Of a stretch of DNA of 64,000 nt, positions 62,160 through 64,000 are shown one piece after another. How positions within the stretch are numbered: position 1 is the first letter of the stretch; each line of letters begins with the position of its first letter. A program made the position numbers and the translations under genes. The stretch comes from a virus, in the IMG/VR virus record IMGVR_UViG_3300045988_091501, positions 46,226 through 110,225 of that record. The stretch is one strand, 5' to 3'. The notes below the pieces were generated by a model. The model saw nothing but the letters and a program-made list of their open reading frames with translations, had not been told where the DNA came from and ran no database searches.

Positions 62160-62342
62160 TCAGTCTGGCTCAACAATAATTGTGCTCAATCCTTTTTCGT
62201 CCAACACACAATAACCTTCAATGTCACAATGATATTTTTCCATTAACCATTCACCAATTTCAAAAATATTATAATTATCTGGTGCTTCTACTTCTGTCGG
62301 TAAGTTTTTATTTCCAATCCATTCAACATCTATTACTTTCAT
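62160..62342 (-). CDS. hypothetical protein
   Basis: 60-aa ORF. Confidence 0.5.
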   Translation of the reverse strand: MKVIDVEWIGNKNLPTEVEAPDNYNIFEIGEWLMEKYHCDIEGYCVLDEKGLSTIIVEPD

Positions 62343-62357
62343 ATTATTCTCATCTCC

Positions 62358-62504
62358 TTAATTAAACAATATTACATAAATAAAAAATACAATAAATGCG
62401 GCTATAGCATAAGTTACAAGGTCATTATTATTATTCTGATTTTGTTTTTGCCTTTCCATTTCTTTTTTCTTAATATAATCTTGTGTTTCGATATTAACAC
62501 TCAT
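62358..62504 (-). CDS. 48-aa C-terminally membrane-anchored protein, absent from the ORF track
   Basis: AAGGAGA RBS. ...NNNNDLVTYAIAAFIVFFIYVILFN. Confidence 0.5.
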   Translation of the reverse strand: MSVNIETQDYIKKKEMERQKQNQNNNNDLVTYAIAAFIVFFIYVILFN

Positions 62505-62506
62505 GT

Positions 62507-62704
62507 TTAATTCTCCTTATACAAATCTTTAGCGCAATATGGACAATATAAAATAGAAATGAGCTTATCATTTTCATTATCCAAATGTAAGTGATGATAC
62601 CAATTAGTATAAGCATCATCTATACTATATTCTTCTATACTAATATTGTCAATATTTTTCATGGCTTCGCATGTGTGGTCTTTAACAAATTTAATTTTTT
62701 GCAT
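62507..62704 (-). CDS. hypothetical protein
   Basis: 65-aa ORF. Confidence 0.55.
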   Translation of the reverse strand: MQKIKFVKDHTCEAMKNIDNISIEEYSIDDAYTNWYHHLHLDNENDKLISILYCPYCAKDLYKEN

Positions 62705-62706
62705 AG

Positions 62707-62946
62707 TTAATCCTCCATTTCACTTTCCAATTTAAAATCTAATCTTCTTAAATTTTCTTCAATTTCAAGTGATAATTTACTTTCACATTTTTTACACAAA
62801 TGTTTATGCAAGATATAATACCCACGTTCTTCATACCATCCATCATCATATTCTAATGATTGACCTAAATATTTACCACATCCATCACAATAAAAATTAT
62901 GCACTCTTTCTTCATAATATCTAGGTGATATTTTAATTTGTTTCAT
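62707..62946 (-). CDS. zinc-ribbon protein
   Basis: CDGCGK..CKKCES. Confidence 0.6.
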   Translation of the reverse strand: MKQIKISPRYYEERVHNFYCDGCGKYLGQSLEYDDGWYEERGYYILHKHLCKKCESKLSLEIEENLRRLDFKLESEMED

Positions 62947-62961
62947 CTTTAATTCTCCTTT

Positions 62962-63126
62962 CTAATTATCATATTCTTTAATCTTATCACCAAACATTTT
63001 GCTAAATCCATTCTCAATTTCAGTTTCAATTCTCATTTTTCGTTTTCGATTTTGAATTTCCTTTTTCTTTTGAAATTGAGAATATAAATAATCATTTACA
63101 AATTTAGATTCAATTTTGAATTTCAT
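62962..63126 (-). CDS. 54-aa basic protein, absent from the ORF track
   Basis: Verified codon by codon. The RBS is distant and weak. Confidence 0.4.
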   Translation of the reverse strand: MKFKIESKFVNDYLYSQFQKKKEIQNRKRKMRIETEIENGFSKMFGDKIKEYDN

Positions 63127-63135
63127 TTTTGATTT

Positions 63136-63624
63136 TTAATCCTCGTTTCTTTGTGCTTGTTTAATTAAAGGCAAGATTTGTTTCTCCCATTCCTCCTGAT
63201 AAATTAAATCATATTTATAAACAAGCCCCTTATCAGTAAACCCACCTAGAATTTCATTTACCCAATTTCGCCAATCATATTCCTTATAATATCTATCATA
63301 AACTAAATCATTTACTTTATTGATAAGTAGCTGTAAATGAAGCCAACGATTGATGCTCATTCTGTCTGTTACACACATTAAATAAGAACGAAACTCATCA
63401 TAACATTCTTGATATGTTTCTTGTTGTAAAGAATTAAGATTAGTCCACATTTCAACCATATCGTCAATATCTTGATTCTTTAGATATTCCTTACTTGCAC
63501 ATTTCCATAAATATTGGATATGATTGATTGTTTTAGCATCCTTAATAACTTCATTAGATAATTCAAATTCATCCTTATAAAAATAATCACAAATCGTTTT
63601 CCAATACATATATTCTGTTTCCAT
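63136..63624 (-). CDS. hypothetical protein (162 aa)
   Basis: Start METEYMYW after AAAGGAG, 25 nt from the -10. The track N-extension runs through the promoter. Confidence 0.65.
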   Translation of the reverse strand: METEYMYWKTICDYFYKDEFELSNEVIKDAKTINHIQYLWKCASKEYLKNQDIDDMVEMWTNLNSLQQETYQECYDEFRSYLMCVTDRMSINRWLHLQLLINKVNDLVYDRYYKEYDWRNWVNEILGGFTDKGLVYKYDLIYQEEWEKQILPLIKQAQRNED

Positions 63625-63648
63625 TGTATTCTCCTTTCTTTTGCTTGT

Positions 63649-63677
63649 ATTATAACACATTGGAACAATAATGTCAA
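63649..63677 (-). promoter_or_regulatory. consensus sigma-A promoter
   Basis: TTGACA-17-TGTTATAAT. Confidence 0.75.
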
Positions 63678-63748
63678 TATATTTCCCCCACATTTTTTAA
63701 TTCCTATATTACCCTTTGGCGAATTTTCATATTCCATATTACCCCCCC

Positions 63749-63784
63749 AAATTTCCCTACTGTCTGACAATTCGTGGGAAATTT
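63749..63784 (-). repeat. 9-bp inverted repeat flanking a TGTCTGACAA motif
   Basis: aaatttccc (63749-63757) / gggaaattt (63776-63784). Confidence 0.6.
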
Positions 63785-63868
63785 TGAAATATTCTGACAA
63801 TTTAATCAAATTGTGGCAATTTTACAAACAATTCAAATTGCATACAAAAATAGCACTATTGGTTAAAA

Positions 63869-63879
63869 TTGTCTGACAA
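63869..63879. promoter_or_regulatory. perfect 11-bp palindrome TTGTCTGACAA (operator-like)
   Basis: TTGTC-N-GACAA. Weaker copies at 63761-63770 and 63793-63800. Confidence 0.4.
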
Positions 63880-63960
63880 CTAAAATTGTCAACGCTAATA
63901 GTTTAACCGCCAGTGCCATTGATTCATCAACGCTTTAAAGCCGATTTCTTATTATGCCTT

Positions 63961-63989
63961 ATTATACCATACATTCCTTTGCTTGTCAA
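63961..63989 (-). promoter_or_regulatory. consensus sigma-A promoter with a long non-coding leader
   Basis: TTGACA-17-TGGTATAAT. No credible ORF in the ~260 nt downstream. Confidence 0.7.
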
Positions 63990-64000
63990 CAAAAAAAAGA

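Noticed and set aside
63480-63809. 109-aa minus-strand ORF spanning the promoter at 63649-63677.
   Set aside because: It overlaps 63136-63624 in another frame and runs through a consensus promoter. Only a G-run precedes its internal ATG.
1-64000. Genome-wide TGA-to-Trp recoding (genetic code 4) as an explanation for the in-frame TGAs.
   Set aside because: Long ORFs are intact under the standard code. Several well-supported genes terminate at TGA (for example at 41994, 20877, 46886 and 60387). I found no tRNA with a UCA anticodon in the cluster. Only two small genes carry internal TGA.
1-64000. CRISPR arrays, rRNA genes or IS/transposase elements.
   Set aside because: I noticed no regularly spaced direct repeats, rRNA-like sequence or transposase motifs while reading. 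The only repeats are those listed as features.

Overview
The window is a contiguous piece of a low-GC tailed-phage genome. The gene content (anaerobic NrdD/NrdG, SPOR/amidase endolysin, extended -10 promoters) points to an anaerobic Firmicutes-type host. Positions 1-18.2 kb (+ strand) hold a late module: RuvC-like resolvase, TP901-type tape measure, a 1231-aa repeat-containing tail fibre, Dit/Tal-like proteins, more fibre-like proteins, two homing-endonuclease-like inserts, holin and a three-domain endolysin. It ends at a strong hairpin terminator shared with the converging strand. Positions 18.2-64 kb (- strand) hold an early, replication and nucleotide-metabolism module: dUTPase, dCMP deaminase, NrdDG, ThyX-like, kinase, nucleotidase, RecD-like helicase, DnaE-like polymerase, DnaB-like helicase, primase, RecJ-like DHH, Sak4-like ATPase, C5-methyltransferase, tyrosine recombinase, AbrB-like regulator, lipoprotein and many small Cys-rich ORFs. 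The most unusual signals are regulatory. Nineteen hand-verified perfect consensus promoters (TTGACA-17-TGnTATAAT) lie on the minus strand only. Several are nested inside SD/anti-SD hairpins, so that the -10 or the -35 hexamer is the hairpin loop. Other notable points: a promoter-driven cluster of one good and several aberrant tRNA-like RNAs; two in-frame TGA codons, one aligned to Trp in a paralog; homopolymer frameshifts, one inside a kinase P-loop; a DUF2829/Tad2-like candidate anti-Thoeris protein; an HPr/Crh-like protein; and operator-like palindromes. All functional calls come from motif recognition by eye. No searches or folding programs were run.
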